This document shows, piece by piece, positions 47,977 to 58,069 of a DNA stretch of 64,000 nt. The number at the start of each line of letters is the position of its first letter. Within the stretch, counting starts at the first letter, position 1. Made by a program: the position numbers and the translations under genes. Below the pieces are notes generated by a model. That model did no database searches. It saw only the letters and a list, made by a program, of their open reading frames with translations, and was not told the DNA's origin. The DNA is from an uncultured euryarchaeote (lineage in GTDB: Archaea; Thermoplasmatota; Poseidoniia; Poseidoniales; Poseidoniaceae): positions 54,956-118,955 of the forward strand of contig CALDNA010000016.1 of NCBI GenBank assembly GCA_937915175.1. The letters are read 5' to 3'.

Positions 47977-48531
47977 TCACGATTCGGATTTGAGCATTTT
48001 GGCTGTTCGCAATACGGATTCAACGAGGGTGTTGAGGCGTTCAGCGGTGGCAGCATTTACCAGTTCTCCATGGTCGTCAAAGGCTTCTTTGACATGGCCG
48101 ACTGCGAGTTGTTCCGGGACGGGCCAAGCATGGAGCCAGCGGAGCATAATCCTCATGTGGTTCAAGGTGTTGGAATTCTCTATACCTCCAAGCGTGCACA
48201 TGAGGCCGAACGCTTTGCCTCCCACATGCTTGTCATAGAGCCAATCAAATGTGTTTTTCATAACACCAGACATTGTACCGTGGTATTCTGGTGAACAGAC
48301 CAAAAATCCATCGCACGAACTTGCTAGTTCCTGGAATGCTTTCACGTTCGCATGCTCCCAACAGCCGTCTTCACCAACAAAGGGAAGCGGGGTTTTGTCA
48401 CAATCCCAAAAATGAACTTCAGCCCCTGCTGCTTCTGCAATAGAGAGGGCTTGAGTGATCATCATGCCGCTTTTTGACGATGTACGGTATTCGCCAGAGA
48501 GTCCCATGATGCGCAATGGTTGTTCGGTCAT
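47977..48531 (-). CDS. NADPH-dependent FMN reductase
   Basis: SPEYHGTMSGVMKNTFDW flavoprotein motif. Confidence 0.88.
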   Translation of the reverse strand: MTEQPLRIMGLSGEYRTSSKSGMMITQALSIAEAAGAEVHFWDCDKTPLPFVGEDGCWEHANVKAFQELASSCDGFLVCSPEYHGTMSGVMKNTFDWLYDKHVGGKAFGLMCTLGGIENSNTLNHMRIMLRWLHAWPVPEQLAVGHVKEAFDDHGELVNAATAERLNTLVESVLRTAKMLKSES

Positions 48532-48635
48532 GCCACTGGGTCGGCACCAAAGCATTTCAATTTAAGGTCACAAATCAAACACACACAGAAGCAATCCTTA
48601 TGCATCCCTGTGGACCCCTATGGATTGGGGAACCT

Positions 48636-51401
48636 ATGATGGACGCCACTGACGATGAAAACAATTCAACGCCAGATGGCAGTTCGGATGATACTGTTGC
48701 TGATTCAGTGATGGACTCCATGGCCGCTGCGCTCGAGTCAGCGGGTATTTCCTTGGCCGAGCCTTCGGAAGAAACCGAGGAGAAAAAGAAGTATTCAGAC
48801 GAGGTGTTGCGACAAGTCCTTGCCGACCAAAATATCGAAGATGAAGAAGGATTCATCGCCTTTGCCAAAACCATGGATGGTGATGAAAATGGATACCTGA
48901 ACAAAAGTGAACTTCTTGATGCTGCCGAAGCATGGCTTCACATGAACGCAAATGAAGGCATAGAACAAGAAATGTCCGTTGAAGAAGAAGTCAACGCTTT
49001 GCTTCAACAAGGCGAGGAATATTCCCGGAAAAACGACTCCAAGAAAGCCCTCGCTGCGTTTAACAAAGCGATTTCAATTGATCCTTCATGCGACATGGCT
49101 TGGTTCAACCGAGGCGTGTTGCTTGAAGCTCAGCAAGACGCCCGTGGGGCGCGGCAAGCCTTCCAGATTTGCCTTGACCTGAATGAAGAGCACGCACCGG
49201 CAACCGCTAATCTAGCTATTCTTCTCGAACGTATCGGCGATGAAACGGGAGCATACGAAATGGCGACAAGAGCATTGGTGTTTTTCCCAGGCCATCCGAC
49301 CCTCTCTGAATTGCAAGCGAGGTGCAAAGGAAGCATTGAGAGCATCGAAATTGAAGCAATGCCAATCGTGGAACCAACTCAAACCTTCAGCGAAGCCCAA
49401 GTGAAGAAGGCTATGGAAGAAACCGGGGCAACCGACCGCGAAGCGGTGTTAGCAGAGGCTGTGCATCACGACGACGGCAACGAGAACTTAGAATTCAGTG
49501 AATTGATGGCTGCTGCTGAAGTGGTTGCGGCGACTGAAGTTGTAGAAATCAATCTTCAAGGTCAACCGGCTTTATTGCATGAGACCGTAGAACCTCAGCC
49601 AACTGCTGAACATGAAGCAGTGCCACTGCCCGAACCGCAACAAACTGTGGCCCTAACTCCTGCACCGGCTGTAGAGCCCGTTCCAGTTCCACAAGTAGAA
49701 GCGGTCAATCTTGATCGTTTGGTCGAACAAGCAACGGAATTGATCAAAACAGGCGCCGCTGCTGATGCTCTCAACCTCCTGAAACCTCATCTGAAAACCA
49801 TCGGTGCTCAACACGCACCATCATGGCGAATTGCGGGTGGTGCTATGGCTCGTTTGAATTTGGATGACCACGCCATCAGCGCTCTTACACACGCCCAAAC
49901 CCTCGACCCAACTCAAGCAAGCGGATGGTTCAACCTCGGTTCAATTCATCAACGTCGCGGTGAACACCAACAGGCCATTACCGCTTACATGAGCGCCCTT
50001 GGAGCGCAACCAGATTACCTCAAGGCCTCGCTCAAATGCAGTATGCTTTGCTATGAAACTGGCGACATTGAAAATTACCTCATAGCAACACGTTCAGTGC
50101 TACTGTCCGATGCGAATAATGCAGTTCGCACGCAAATGATAGAGGTCTTGATTGGTCTTGCAGAAGGGGAAGCGAACGTCATAGAATCAGCCCAAGGGCT
50201 ACCACCGACCTTGCCCGAAGGCCCTCACTTGGCACATGAAGCACTTCAGATGCTCGGTGTTGGGGCCACGGCCCTCCATGCACGCGCTCACACAGCCTCA
50301 AACGATCACGTGCAAGCAGTCACCACCTGGAAGGCCCTCATCCAAAGCGACGGAGCAAACCCAGTCAACTGGCGAGGACTTGCTCGAGCGCTTGAAAATG
50401 CAGGTGATTTGGAAACGGCTCAAAAGTGCCACGCCAAAGCAACCGCATTGGATGGAACAGCTCCCGCATCACTTGAATCAACTCTAGCCCCAGTGGAGCC
50501 TCTGGGGACCACACAAGCAACACCGCCCCCCACTGCACAACTGAGTCAACCGGCGCCAGCACCTGCCTACCCTGCACCTGCAATGACACCGCCAACTCAA
50601 CCGGCACCCGAACCAGTCTACCCTGCACCTGCAATGCCAGCGCCGACTCAACCGGCACCCGAACCTGTTTATCCCGCTCCGGCCTACTCGCCACCACCTC
50701 AAGAGCCCCCACATCCAGATGAGGCAACAGCAGATTTCTACATGGGAGCACTTGGCCTCAACAATGAGCCACAGGCACCCGAATTTGCACCGCAAGCAGC
50801 AGCAGCCCCCGCACCTTTACCAGCGTACGATTTGGCTAATGACCCATTGATGCAGCCTCTACCTGTGCAGCGCACAGAACCTCAAGTCACCTCTCAACCT
50901 GAGGTCGACCTAGCAAAGGCGGCCCTCGATGCAGCTGCTAGGGTTTCGGTGCAAACAACTGGCGAAGTCAATTCCATGTCGATCGCAAATCAGGACATAG
51001 CGTGGTACAATCAAGGGGTTCAGTTGATTGAAGATGGAAAGTACGACAAAGCACTTTCATCCTTTGACCGGGCCATACCCTCGTTTGCCAACGATGAAGA
51101 CATGCTCATTCGAATTCTCAATGGAAAAGGCAACGCTTACTACTACCTCGAACAATACCCGAAGTGCGTTGAAGCTTATCATCAAGCCATGCTGATTCGT
51201 CCCGCTGAAGTCCGTGGAAAAACACTCTACAACATGGGAAGCGCCTACGCTGAAATGGAGCGTTACCCCGATGCAATCAAATGCTTTGAACAATCGATCC
51301 CACGTGGCCTTCTCAAAGAAGAAGTGGCACGAGCCAGGGACCAAATCCGACGCTGTTCAATCCTTCAAAAGGAACGGGATAGGAAGCGACGACGTGCTTG
51401 A
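48636..51401 (+). CDS. Large TPR-repeat protein with EF-hand-like modules and Pro-rich linker
   Basis: Several TPR clusters (AWFNRG, GWFNLG, LYNMG), loop DGDENGYLNKSE, PAPEPVYPAPA repeats. Confidence 0.85.
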   Translation: MMDATDDENNSTPDGSSDDTVADSVMDSMAAALESAGISLAEPSEETEEKKKYSDEVLRQVLADQNIEDEEGFIAFAKTMDGDENGYLNKSELLDAAEAWLHMNANEGIEQEMSVEEEVNALLQQGEEYSRKNDSKKALAAFNKAISIDPSCDMAWFNRGVLLEAQQDARGARQAFQICLDLNEEHAPATANLAILLERIGDETGAYEMATRALVFFPGHPTLSELQARCKGSIESIEIEAMPIVEPTQTFSEAQVKKAMEETGATDREAVLAEAVHHDDGNENLEFSELMAAAEVVAATEVVEINLQGQPALLHETVEPQPTAEHEAVPLPEPQQTVALTPAPAVEPVPVPQVEAVNLDRLVEQATELIKTGAAADALNLLKPHLKTIGAQHAPSWRIAGGAMARLNLDDHAISALTHAQTLDPTQASGWFNLGSIHQRRGEHQQAITAYMSALGAQPDYLKASLKCSMLCYETGDIENYLIATRSVLLSDANNAVRTQMIEVLIGLAEGEANVIESAQGLPPTLPEGPHLAHEALQMLGVGATALHARAHTASNDHVQAVTTWKALIQSDGANPVNWRGLARALENAGDLETAQKCHAKATALDGTAPASLESTLAPVEPLGTTQATPPPTAQLSQPAPAPAYPAPAMTPPTQPAPEPVYPAPAMPAPTQPAPEPVYPAPAYSPPPQEPPHPDEATADFYMGALGLNNEPQAPEFAPQAAAAPAPLPAYDLANDPLMQPLPVQRTEPQVTSQPEVDLAKAALDAAARVSVQTTGEVNSMSIANQDIAWYNQGVQLIEDGKYDKALSSFDRAIPSFANDEDMLIRILNGKGNAYYYLEQYPKCVEAYHQAMLIRPAEVRGKTLYNMGSAYAEMERYPDAIKCFEQSIPRGLLKEEVARARDQIRRCSILQKERDRKRRRA
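50550..50684 (+). repeat. 51-bp in-frame imperfect tandem repeat (PAPEPVYPAPAMxxPTQ), about 2.6 copies
   Basis: Units start at 50550, 50601 and 50652 with CCGGC(G/A)CC. Confidence 0.85.
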
Positions 51402-51416
51402 GCAAGAAGTGATTGT

Positions 51417-52805
51417 ATGAGTTCAAACGAATCTTTAGACGTCATTGAACGATTGATTGAGTGTGGTCTAGAACCAAAACGGGCTCGAATCGTGATGGAT
51501 TTAGCCACGCACCCACCCTCAAAGGCCAGTGAGGTCGGGAAGCGAATTGGTATCACGAGAATGGATGCGTACAATTCACTGAGAAAAATGCAAGAGTTGG
51601 GTCTCGTTAAAGCAACACTCGACAAGCCGATGAGGTTTCAGGGAATTCGCATCGAAGAGGTGTTCGCTCTGCTGATTCAACGTTCGGAAATGGACCTAAG
51701 GAGAATGCAAGAACACCTCGATGCAATGAAAGAAGGGGAACAAGCAGCCTTGCTTTCTTACAACGCCCCCGAAGCAGAAGCAAATTTCAGTGTTCTCAAA
51801 GATCGTCATTCCATTATGGCAAACCTCCAATCCATCTTGAATGAAGCTGAAAACAATGTCTGGATGCTTCTGGGCAATTGGGGAATCCTTCACCTGAAGA
51901 GGTCAGGCGCCTATGAGGCGTTAATCGAAGCTGTGAACCGTGGAGTGAAGGTGCGGATTTCGTCTTCGCTCAATGAGAAAACAGTCAAATTCTTTGATGA
52001 TATTGATGAACGCATCGAGATACGTCATCACGAACATTTTACCATCCAAGGAATCTATGTGGATGACGAACTTGGACTTCAGTTCATCAACACCGATGAA
52101 AACCCGACTGGAAGGGGGAAAAACGACACAGCCTTGTTGATTGAATCCAAAGGCTTCATCGAGGCTCATGCTGAACTAATGAACATTCAGTGGGCTGCTG
52201 GAACCAGTTACCGCGCCGCACGTGCACGACTGATTGAAGGCTCCATCATCGAACCGCTCAACCTTACTCTTGGGGATGGATCGTACTATGAACGGCTCAA
52301 ACATTCCCTAGAAGAAAACAGATTAAAAACTGAAATTCCTAATGCACCGAACGCATTTTTGAGAAAAGCAGGAGAACCGATTCCCTCCAAGGGCAACCCG
52401 GAAGCCGCTGCATTGGTCAGTCTTGGTATTGACCTCAATGAAGTATTGAGCGCCGTTGGAAGACGCATTGGGCAAGAACTCGCTGGAAAATGGAACGGTG
52501 TGGAAAGCGATGAGGATTTTTGGAGTCATCTTGGCAATGAATGGAACCAACTGGGCATGGGTCAAATAATCACAAAAGGCATGCCTCCACGATCTGTTCT
52601 TGTTCAGAATGGTGCAGCCTGTGGCGGTAAACCGACGGTAGGTGGAATGTTCTGCCACCTCGATGAAGGTATTTTACAGGGCATTGTGATGGAGCGGCAC
52701 AACATCAAAGTCATGTCAAAAGAACGCGTTTGCACAAGCGACGGACTCGACACATGCCATTTCGAAATTGAGTGTCAAAGTTCCCCGACTGAATCAGTGG
52801 TCTGA
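51417..52805 (+). CDS. TrmB-family transcriptional regulator with C-terminal V4R-like domain
   Basis: N-terminal wHTH (ASEVGKRIGITRMDAYNSL...GLV...P), PLD-like middle domain (A..RGVKVR, VDD), C-terminal GMG...C...C...EG...G...E..C...G...C.F. Confidence 0.75.
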   Translation: MSSNESLDVIERLIECGLEPKRARIVMDLATHPPSKASEVGKRIGITRMDAYNSLRKMQELGLVKATLDKPMRFQGIRIEEVFALLIQRSEMDLRRMQEHLDAMKEGEQAALLSYNAPEAEANFSVLKDRHSIMANLQSILNEAENNVWMLLGNWGILHLKRSGAYEALIEAVNRGVKVRISSSLNEKTVKFFDDIDERIEIRHHEHFTIQGIYVDDELGLQFINTDENPTGRGKNDTALLIESKGFIEAHAELMNIQWAAGTSYRAARARLIEGSIIEPLNLTLGDGSYYERLKHSLEENRLKTEIPNAPNAFLRKAGEPIPSKGNPEAAALVSLGIDLNEVLSAVGRRIGQELAGKWNGVESDEDFWSHLGNEWNQLGMGQIITKGMPPRSVLVQNGAACGGKPTVGGMFCHLDEGILQGIVMERHNIKVMSKERVCTSDGLDTCHFEIECQSSPTESVV

Positions 52806-52841
52806 GCGCAAGTTCTTAGGCGACCACCTCGTGGGCTAATC

Positions 52842-53222
52842 ATGGACTGCGGTACATGTGAAACGGCTGGGCCTGTTCAGGTCATGCAACCTGAGGTTGT
52901 CGATGTTGGACTTACCATCTCTGATAAAGCACAAACAATGCTCGCTGACGCATTTGGCGATGACCGCTCGATGGCGTTGCTCGTGGGTGTTCTTTCCGGT
53001 GGATGTTCTGGCTACATGTATGATCTACAAATTGTTGAAGAGACAGATCAATCGTGCCAAGAAATCACCATCAACGGCTTCCGAGTGCTTGTTCCAAATG
53101 CATCCAGTCATCTTCTTGACGGAATTGAAATTGATTACGTCGACCGCTTGATGGGCGGGGGATTCAAAATCAACAATCCCAATGCGGACTCATCCTGCGG
53201 CTGCGGCGAATCCTTTGCTTGA
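52842..53222 (+). CDS. HesB/IscA/SufA Fe-S carrier protein
   Basis: GGCSG.MY and NPNA..SCGCGESF motifs. Confidence 0.92.
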   Translation: MDCGTCETAGPVQVMQPEVVDVGLTISDKAQTMLADAFGDDRSMALLVGVLSGGCSGYMYDLQIVEETDQSCQEITINGFRVLVPNASSHLLDGIEIDYVDRLMGGGFKINNPNADSSCGCGESFA

Positions 53223-53231
53223 GGAAAAACA

Positions 53232-53933
53232 ATGCCGACAGCGCCATACCACGATGGTCATTTGAGCGTTTGGCGCGGCAATGATGTTCTTTCTTTCATC
53301 GATGGTTTGTCGACAAACCATGTTCTTGACCTCCAAGAAGGGCAATTCCGTCACACAACCTTCACCACAGCACAAGCGAAAGTTATCGATCGAGTCGGTC
53401 TCTTCCACATGGGTGGTTTCATTGCGGTGTTCAGCCATGGACCCTATTGGGAATCCCTCATGGCACACATCTCACCACGCATCTTAGGTCAAGATGTAAC
53501 CATTTCCAACGCAACCGATAACAATAATTTTTTTGTGCAATTTGGGGTTGATGGAAACGATGTTGGCACCTTCAGCGCCAGTGAAGGAGCTACAGTGGCC
53601 CACAGCATGCCACACCTCAACTACATTGTTGCGTCCAAGAACTCGCAGGTGCCAGTGGATGCAACACCATCTGATTTCCATGAATGGAGGACGCATCATG
53701 TCATTCCATGGCAAGGGTTTGAGATCACAAAAAAGCACCATGCATTTGCATGTGGTTTGGGCGATGACGTTCACCCTTCAAAGGGCTGTTACATTGGACA
53801 AGAGTTGCTAACAAGAATGCGCACAAGGGGAAAAATGGGGCGTGAATTGGTCTGCGTCAACACAGACGATGTTCCACCCAAAGACGTTACAACTCGGGGG
53901 TTGTCAAAGTCCCTCGCTATCGTACGCCTCTGA
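53232..53933 (+). CDS. YgfZ/IBA57-like folate-binding protein (short)
   Basis: KGCYIGQE signature; adjacent to the IscA-type gene. Confidence 0.8.
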   Translation: MPTAPYHDGHLSVWRGNDVLSFIDGLSTNHVLDLQEGQFRHTTFTTAQAKVIDRVGLFHMGGFIAVFSHGPYWESLMAHISPRILGQDVTISNATDNNNFFVQFGVDGNDVGTFSASEGATVAHSMPHLNYIVASKNSQVPVDATPSDFHEWRTHHVIPWQGFEITKKHHAFACGLGDDVHPSKGCYIGQELLTRMRTRGKMGRELVCVNTDDVPPKDVTTRGLSKSLAIVRL

Positions 53934-53934
53934 A

Positions 53935-54873
53935 TCAGTAGCCTAGCAATTCCGAAAGTTGAGACTTGTAGAAGTTGCCTGAACCTTGCAGTGAAGCCAA
54001 TTCTTCTTCTGACAATTCGAGTTCTAGAATCCGTTCAATACCGCCAGCGCCAAGGATTACCGGCACGCCGATGTACACATCATCAAGGCCATATTGACCA
54101 GTGAGGTGCGCTGAGGCTGGTATCAATCGCTTGCGATCGTTTAGGACGGCTTCAGCCATGATGGCTGCTGCTGAACCAGGTGCATAGAATGCGGAACCCC
54201 GTTCAAGGAGTTTGACAATTTCCCCGCCACCGGAGGCTGTTCGCTTGCAGATGGCGTCAATTGTTTCTGCGTCGAGCAGATGAGTAATGGCGATACCCCC
54301 AACGGTGGTGAAACGGGGCAATGGCACCATGGTGTCACCGTGGCCACCAAGGACCATGGCTTGTACATCTTCTTCTGCACAACCAACTGCTTGCGCAACA
54401 AAGTGTGTCATGCGAGCTGAGTCCAAAACGCCCGCTTGACCGCAAACTCGGTTGGCTGGGAATCCTGTGACCTTCTGCATGTGATAGGTCATCAAATCCA
54501 ACGGATTGGTGACCATGACAATGGTTGACTCGGGTGCGTGGTCTCGAATGCCTTCACCGACCTGCTTGACAATACCTGCGTTCTTTGCAATGAGATCTTC
54601 ACGGGTCATCCCGGGTTGACGTGGGAATCCTGATGTGACGACGACAACATCAGCGCCTGCTATGTCTTCGTAACTGGATGTGCCAGTAATGGCACCATCG
54701 TAGTTGAGAACTTGTCCGTTTTGAGACATATCGAGGGCTTTTCCTTTTGCGAAGCCTTCGTAAATATCGAGCAAGACAATATCTGCGATTTTCATTTGTG
54801 CGAGGACAAAGGCGCATGTTGCACCAACATTTCCGGCTCCAATCACTGCAATTTTTCTTCGGTTATTTCCCAT
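53935..54873 (-). CDS. mdh: Malate dehydrogenase (LDH-like type)
   Basis: GAGNVG, PRQPGMTREDL, NPLD, LDSAR, GGHGD and GSAFYAP motifs. Confidence 0.93.
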   Translation of the reverse strand: MGNNRRKIAVIGAGNVGATCAFVLAQMKIADIVLLDIYEGFAKGKALDMSQNGQVLNYDGAITGTSSYEDIAGADVVVVTSGFPRQPGMTREDLIAKNAGIVKQVGEGIRDHAPESTIVMVTNPLDLMTYHMQKVTGFPANRVCGQAGVLDSARMTHFVAQAVGCAEEDVQAMVLGGHGDTMVPLPRFTTVGGIAITHLLDAETIDAICKRTASGGGEIVKLLERGSAFYAPGSAAAIMAEAVLNDRKRLIPASAHLTGQYGLDDVYIGVPVILGAGGIERILELELSEEELASLQGSGNFYKSQLSELLGY

Positions 54874-55083
54874 AATGGTCACTTCGGCAAATCCCTCCAT
54901 ACATAGGACCTCCATAAGGAACATGGTGGAGGTTTCAATCTCCCAATGCCAGAAGGAGGAAGAAATGATGGAAAGTGATTTGAAAAATCGACAATGTCGA
55001 GCGAGTTGTCTAAAAACCCCCTTCCGTTGGGTTCAATCAACCCCAGCCAGCGGCAACGTAAAGCGGGGGCTTGAGGCATCACA

Positions 55084-56247
55084 ATGAAACTCGGCGTACC
55101 AATGGAACCAGAAGGCGAAACCCGTGTTGGGATTGTCCCTTCGAGCATGAAAAAACTCCTCAAAGCAGGCTTTGAAGTTGTTATTGAAAGCGGTGCTGGA
55201 AAAGCTGCGAACTATCACGATTCTGAATATGAAAAGGCTGGAGCAACCGTCGGCACACGCGCTGATGCTCTTGGATGCACAAACATCGTCTGCATCAGAT
55301 TCCCAGGTGTAGAAGGCATCAGTGAAGGAACCAACTTAGCATGCACATCTGATCCGTTCAGAAATCCGGAATACGTCAAGTCGTGCATGGATGCAGGCAT
55401 CACGCTTCTATCGATGGACATGATTCCTCGCCGTCTTTCTCGTGCACAATCCATGGACGTCAATTCCTCACAAGACAATTTAGCAGGATACAAAGCGGTC
55501 TTGCTTGGTGCTTCACATGTGCCAAAGGGCATTCCAATGATGACCACATCAGCTGGAACCATTCGTCCGGCAAAGATTGTCATCATGGGAAGCGGTGTTG
55601 CAGGATTGCAAGCAATCGCAACAGCAAAGCGACTTGGTGGCGTAGTTTACGCATCTGATGTTCGCAAGTCTGCGGCCGAGCAAATCGAATCTGTAGGCGG
55701 TCGCTTCATTGAAGTCGAAGGCATGGACGATTTCGAAGACGAATCCGGATACGCAAAACCACTCACACCTGAATTTATTCAGAAGGTCAATGACACTGTA
55801 TGTGGGGTCGCGGCTGATGCAGACATCATCGTCACCACTGCTCGTATTTTCGGGCGCCCTGCACCGATCACTGTGCCATCAAGCGCAGTTAAAAACTTCA
55901 AATCTGGAGCGGTTGTTGTCGATATGAATGCGGATGTTGGCGGCAACTGTGAAGACACCGTCGCAGGTGAAGTCAAAATTACCGACAACGGCGTCATCAT
56001 CGTCGGAACTTCCAACCTACCAGGAACCATTGCTACAACCTCGAGCATGCTGTATTCAAACAACTTAACCACATTCATGACTTCACTTGTCCATGAAGGT
56101 GAAGTCGTAATCTCGGAAGAAGATGACATCCTCGTCGGGGCTCCAGAAGGCAGCGATTTCTATGTCAACGGCATGGGTGGCGTCCTCATCTGCAAGGATG
56201 GAGTCATACATCCAAAGCAAACTCGCCTTGGAGGTGCACTCGAATGA
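55084..56247 (+). CDS. pntA: NAD(P) transhydrogenase alpha subunit part 1 (dI)
   Basis: ETRV, RAQSMD, AGYKAV, GSGVAGLQA and GGNC motifs. Confidence 0.92.
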   Translation: MKLGVPMEPEGETRVGIVPSSMKKLLKAGFEVVIESGAGKAANYHDSEYEKAGATVGTRADALGCTNIVCIRFPGVEGISEGTNLACTSDPFRNPEYVKSCMDAGITLLSMDMIPRRLSRAQSMDVNSSQDNLAGYKAVLLGASHVPKGIPMMTTSAGTIRPAKIVIMGSGVAGLQAIATAKRLGGVVYASDVRKSAAEQIESVGGRFIEVEGMDDFEDESGYAKPLTPEFIQKVNDTVCGVAADADIIVTTARIFGRPAPITVPSSAVKNFKSGAVVVDMNADVGGNCEDTVAGEVKITDNGVIIVGTSNLPGTIATTSSMLYSNNLTTFMTSLVHEGEVVISEEDDILVGAPEGSDFYVNGMGGVLICKDGVIHPKQTRLGGALE

Positions 56248-56555
56248 CGCCAGAATTTTTAATCGGAAACCTTACCCTATTTATCCTCGCTATTTTCCTC
56301 GGATTTGAATTGATCACCAAGGTTCCTGCAACATTGCACACACCATTGATGAGCGGAGCAAATGCTATTTCCGGAATTTCAATTATTGGCGCCCTCATCG
56401 GATCCAATGTCGCATATGATGGTGGTGAAACGGCCCTTTCTGGACTGTTGGCATTTGTCGCAGTCGTTCTAGCCATGATCAACGTCGTTGGAGGCTTTGC
56501 AGTCACCAACCGTATGTTGAATATGATTGCTGGTAAAAAGCGAGGAGGTGCTTGA
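56244..56555 (+). CDS. NAD(P) transhydrogenase alpha subunit part 2
   Basis: LHTPLMSGANAISG and INVVGGFAVTNRML motifs. Confidence 0.92.
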   Translation: MTPEFLIGNLTLFILAIFLGFELITKVPATLHTPLMSGANAISGISIIGALIGSNVAYDGGETALSGLLAFVAVVLAMINVVGGFAVTNRMLNMIAGKKRGGA

Positions 56556-56556
56556 G

Positions 56557-57975
56557 ATGGAAGACTGGATTGCTGTAGGCTACCTCATATCCGCTGCCCT
56601 GTTCATCTTCGGTTTGAAGAAACTCGGCCACCCGAAGACCGCTCCATTTGGAAATCAACTCGGTGCCACTGGTATGCTCGTTGCTGTACTCACCACCGTG
56701 CTCAGTATGCAAGTCGCTGGTAATGCAAACTGGGAACTCATTATTGCAGGACTGATTCTTGGTTCTCTGATCGGTTATTGGATGGCTGTGAAGGTCGAAA
56801 TGACCGGAATGCCGGAATTAGTTGCTCTGTTCAACGGTTTCGGTGGAGCTGCATCAGCGCTCGTTGCGCTTTCTGAAATTCAGAAGTTCATCGCTGACTC
56901 AACCACCGTTCCAGAAGGACTCGAACTTACCGTTACAATGGTAGCAGCCGGACTCTCGGCGCTCGTTGGCTGGATGACATTGACCGGTTCCATGCTGGCC
57001 ATGTACAAACTCAAAGGTGGAATCGAAGTCTTTGGAAAATGGATTAAGACACCCACATGGGGCCCGACTTGGCTCAATCCAGTCAAGATTCTGCTGTTCC
57101 TAGGTGTCATTGCGCTCATCATCGCCAGCATCGAAGATCCAACAAACGAACAGTACCTTTGGGCCATCATTGGTATCTCTTGCATCCTCGGTCTAATCCT
57201 TGTTCTTCCAATTGGAGGGGCAGACATGCCCGTTGTGGTTTCCTTGTTGAATTCACTCTCAGGAATTGCAGCGGCATTCACTGGTTTCATCATAGGAAAC
57301 TCTGTGTTAATTATTGCAGGCTCTTTGGTCGGCGCATCTGGACTTATCTTGACCTTCATTATGTGCAAGGCAATGAACAGAAGGCTGATTGATGTGTTGT
57401 TCAAATCCTTTGGAGGCGACGGCGAGAAGCAATCTCTTACCCGAACAAAGGTAGGCTCTGACGCTGATGAAGTCGCTATGATGCTTGATGGTGCGCAGAA
57501 AGTGATCATCGTTCCAGGCTATGGAATGGCGGTTTCTCAATGCCAACACCAAGTGAAGGAGTTTGCTGACTTAATGAAGGAGAAGTTCGACACGGAAATC
57601 AAGTACGCAATTCACCCGGTTGCTGGCAGAATGCCAGGGCACATGAACGTCCTTCTCGCAGAAGCAAATGTCCCCTATGAGCAACTCATCGAGATGGATG
57701 AAATCAACAGTGAATTCCCAGATTGTGATGTGGCACTTGTTATCGGCGCTAACGATACGACAAACCCAGCTGCTCGTAGCGGCGAGGGCCCGTTGGCTGG
57801 CATGCCAATCATTGATGCCGATGCTGCTCGCACCGTTGTGATCATCAAGCGCTCATTGTCGGTTGGTTACGCTGGTGTTGACAACGACTTGTTTTACATG
57901 GACAAAACCATGATGCTTTTCGGCGATGGAAAGGCCATGATGGCTGGATTAAACACCGCTGTCAAGGAAATTTGA
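56557..57975 (+). CDS. pntB: NAD(P) transhydrogenase beta subunit
   Basis: MPELVALFNGFGG, IGGADMPVVVSLLNS, PGYGMAV and HPVAGRMPGHMNVLLAEA motifs. Confidence 0.95.
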   Translation: MEDWIAVGYLISAALFIFGLKKLGHPKTAPFGNQLGATGMLVAVLTTVLSMQVAGNANWELIIAGLILGSLIGYWMAVKVEMTGMPELVALFNGFGGAASALVALSEIQKFIADSTTVPEGLELTVTMVAAGLSALVGWMTLTGSMLAMYKLKGGIEVFGKWIKTPTWGPTWLNPVKILLFLGVIALIIASIEDPTNEQYLWAIIGISCILGLILVLPIGGADMPVVVSLLNSLSGIAAAFTGFIIGNSVLIIAGSLVGASGLILTFIMCKAMNRRLIDVLFKSFGGDGEKQSLTRTKVGSDADEVAMMLDGAQKVIIVPGYGMAVSQCQHQVKEFADLMKEKFDTEIKYAIHPVAGRMPGHMNVLLAEANVPYEQLIEMDEINSEFPDCDVALVIGANDTTNPAARSGEGPLAGMPIIDADAARTVVIIKRSLSVGYAGVDNDLFYMDKTMMLFGDGKAMMAGLNTAVKEI

Positions 57976-58069
57976 GCCATCCTAAAAAGGCACATGACCA
58001 GTTGTTTGGCTCGTTGCTGAAAAGTAACGTTCAAAGGGCTGGGTCAAGTGGCATTGGTAAGGTGAGTCT

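Noticed and set aside
55020..55080. GC-rich possible riboswitch or leader upstream of pntA
   Set aside because: Only weak CCCC/GGGG pairing and no recognisable riboswitch consensus.
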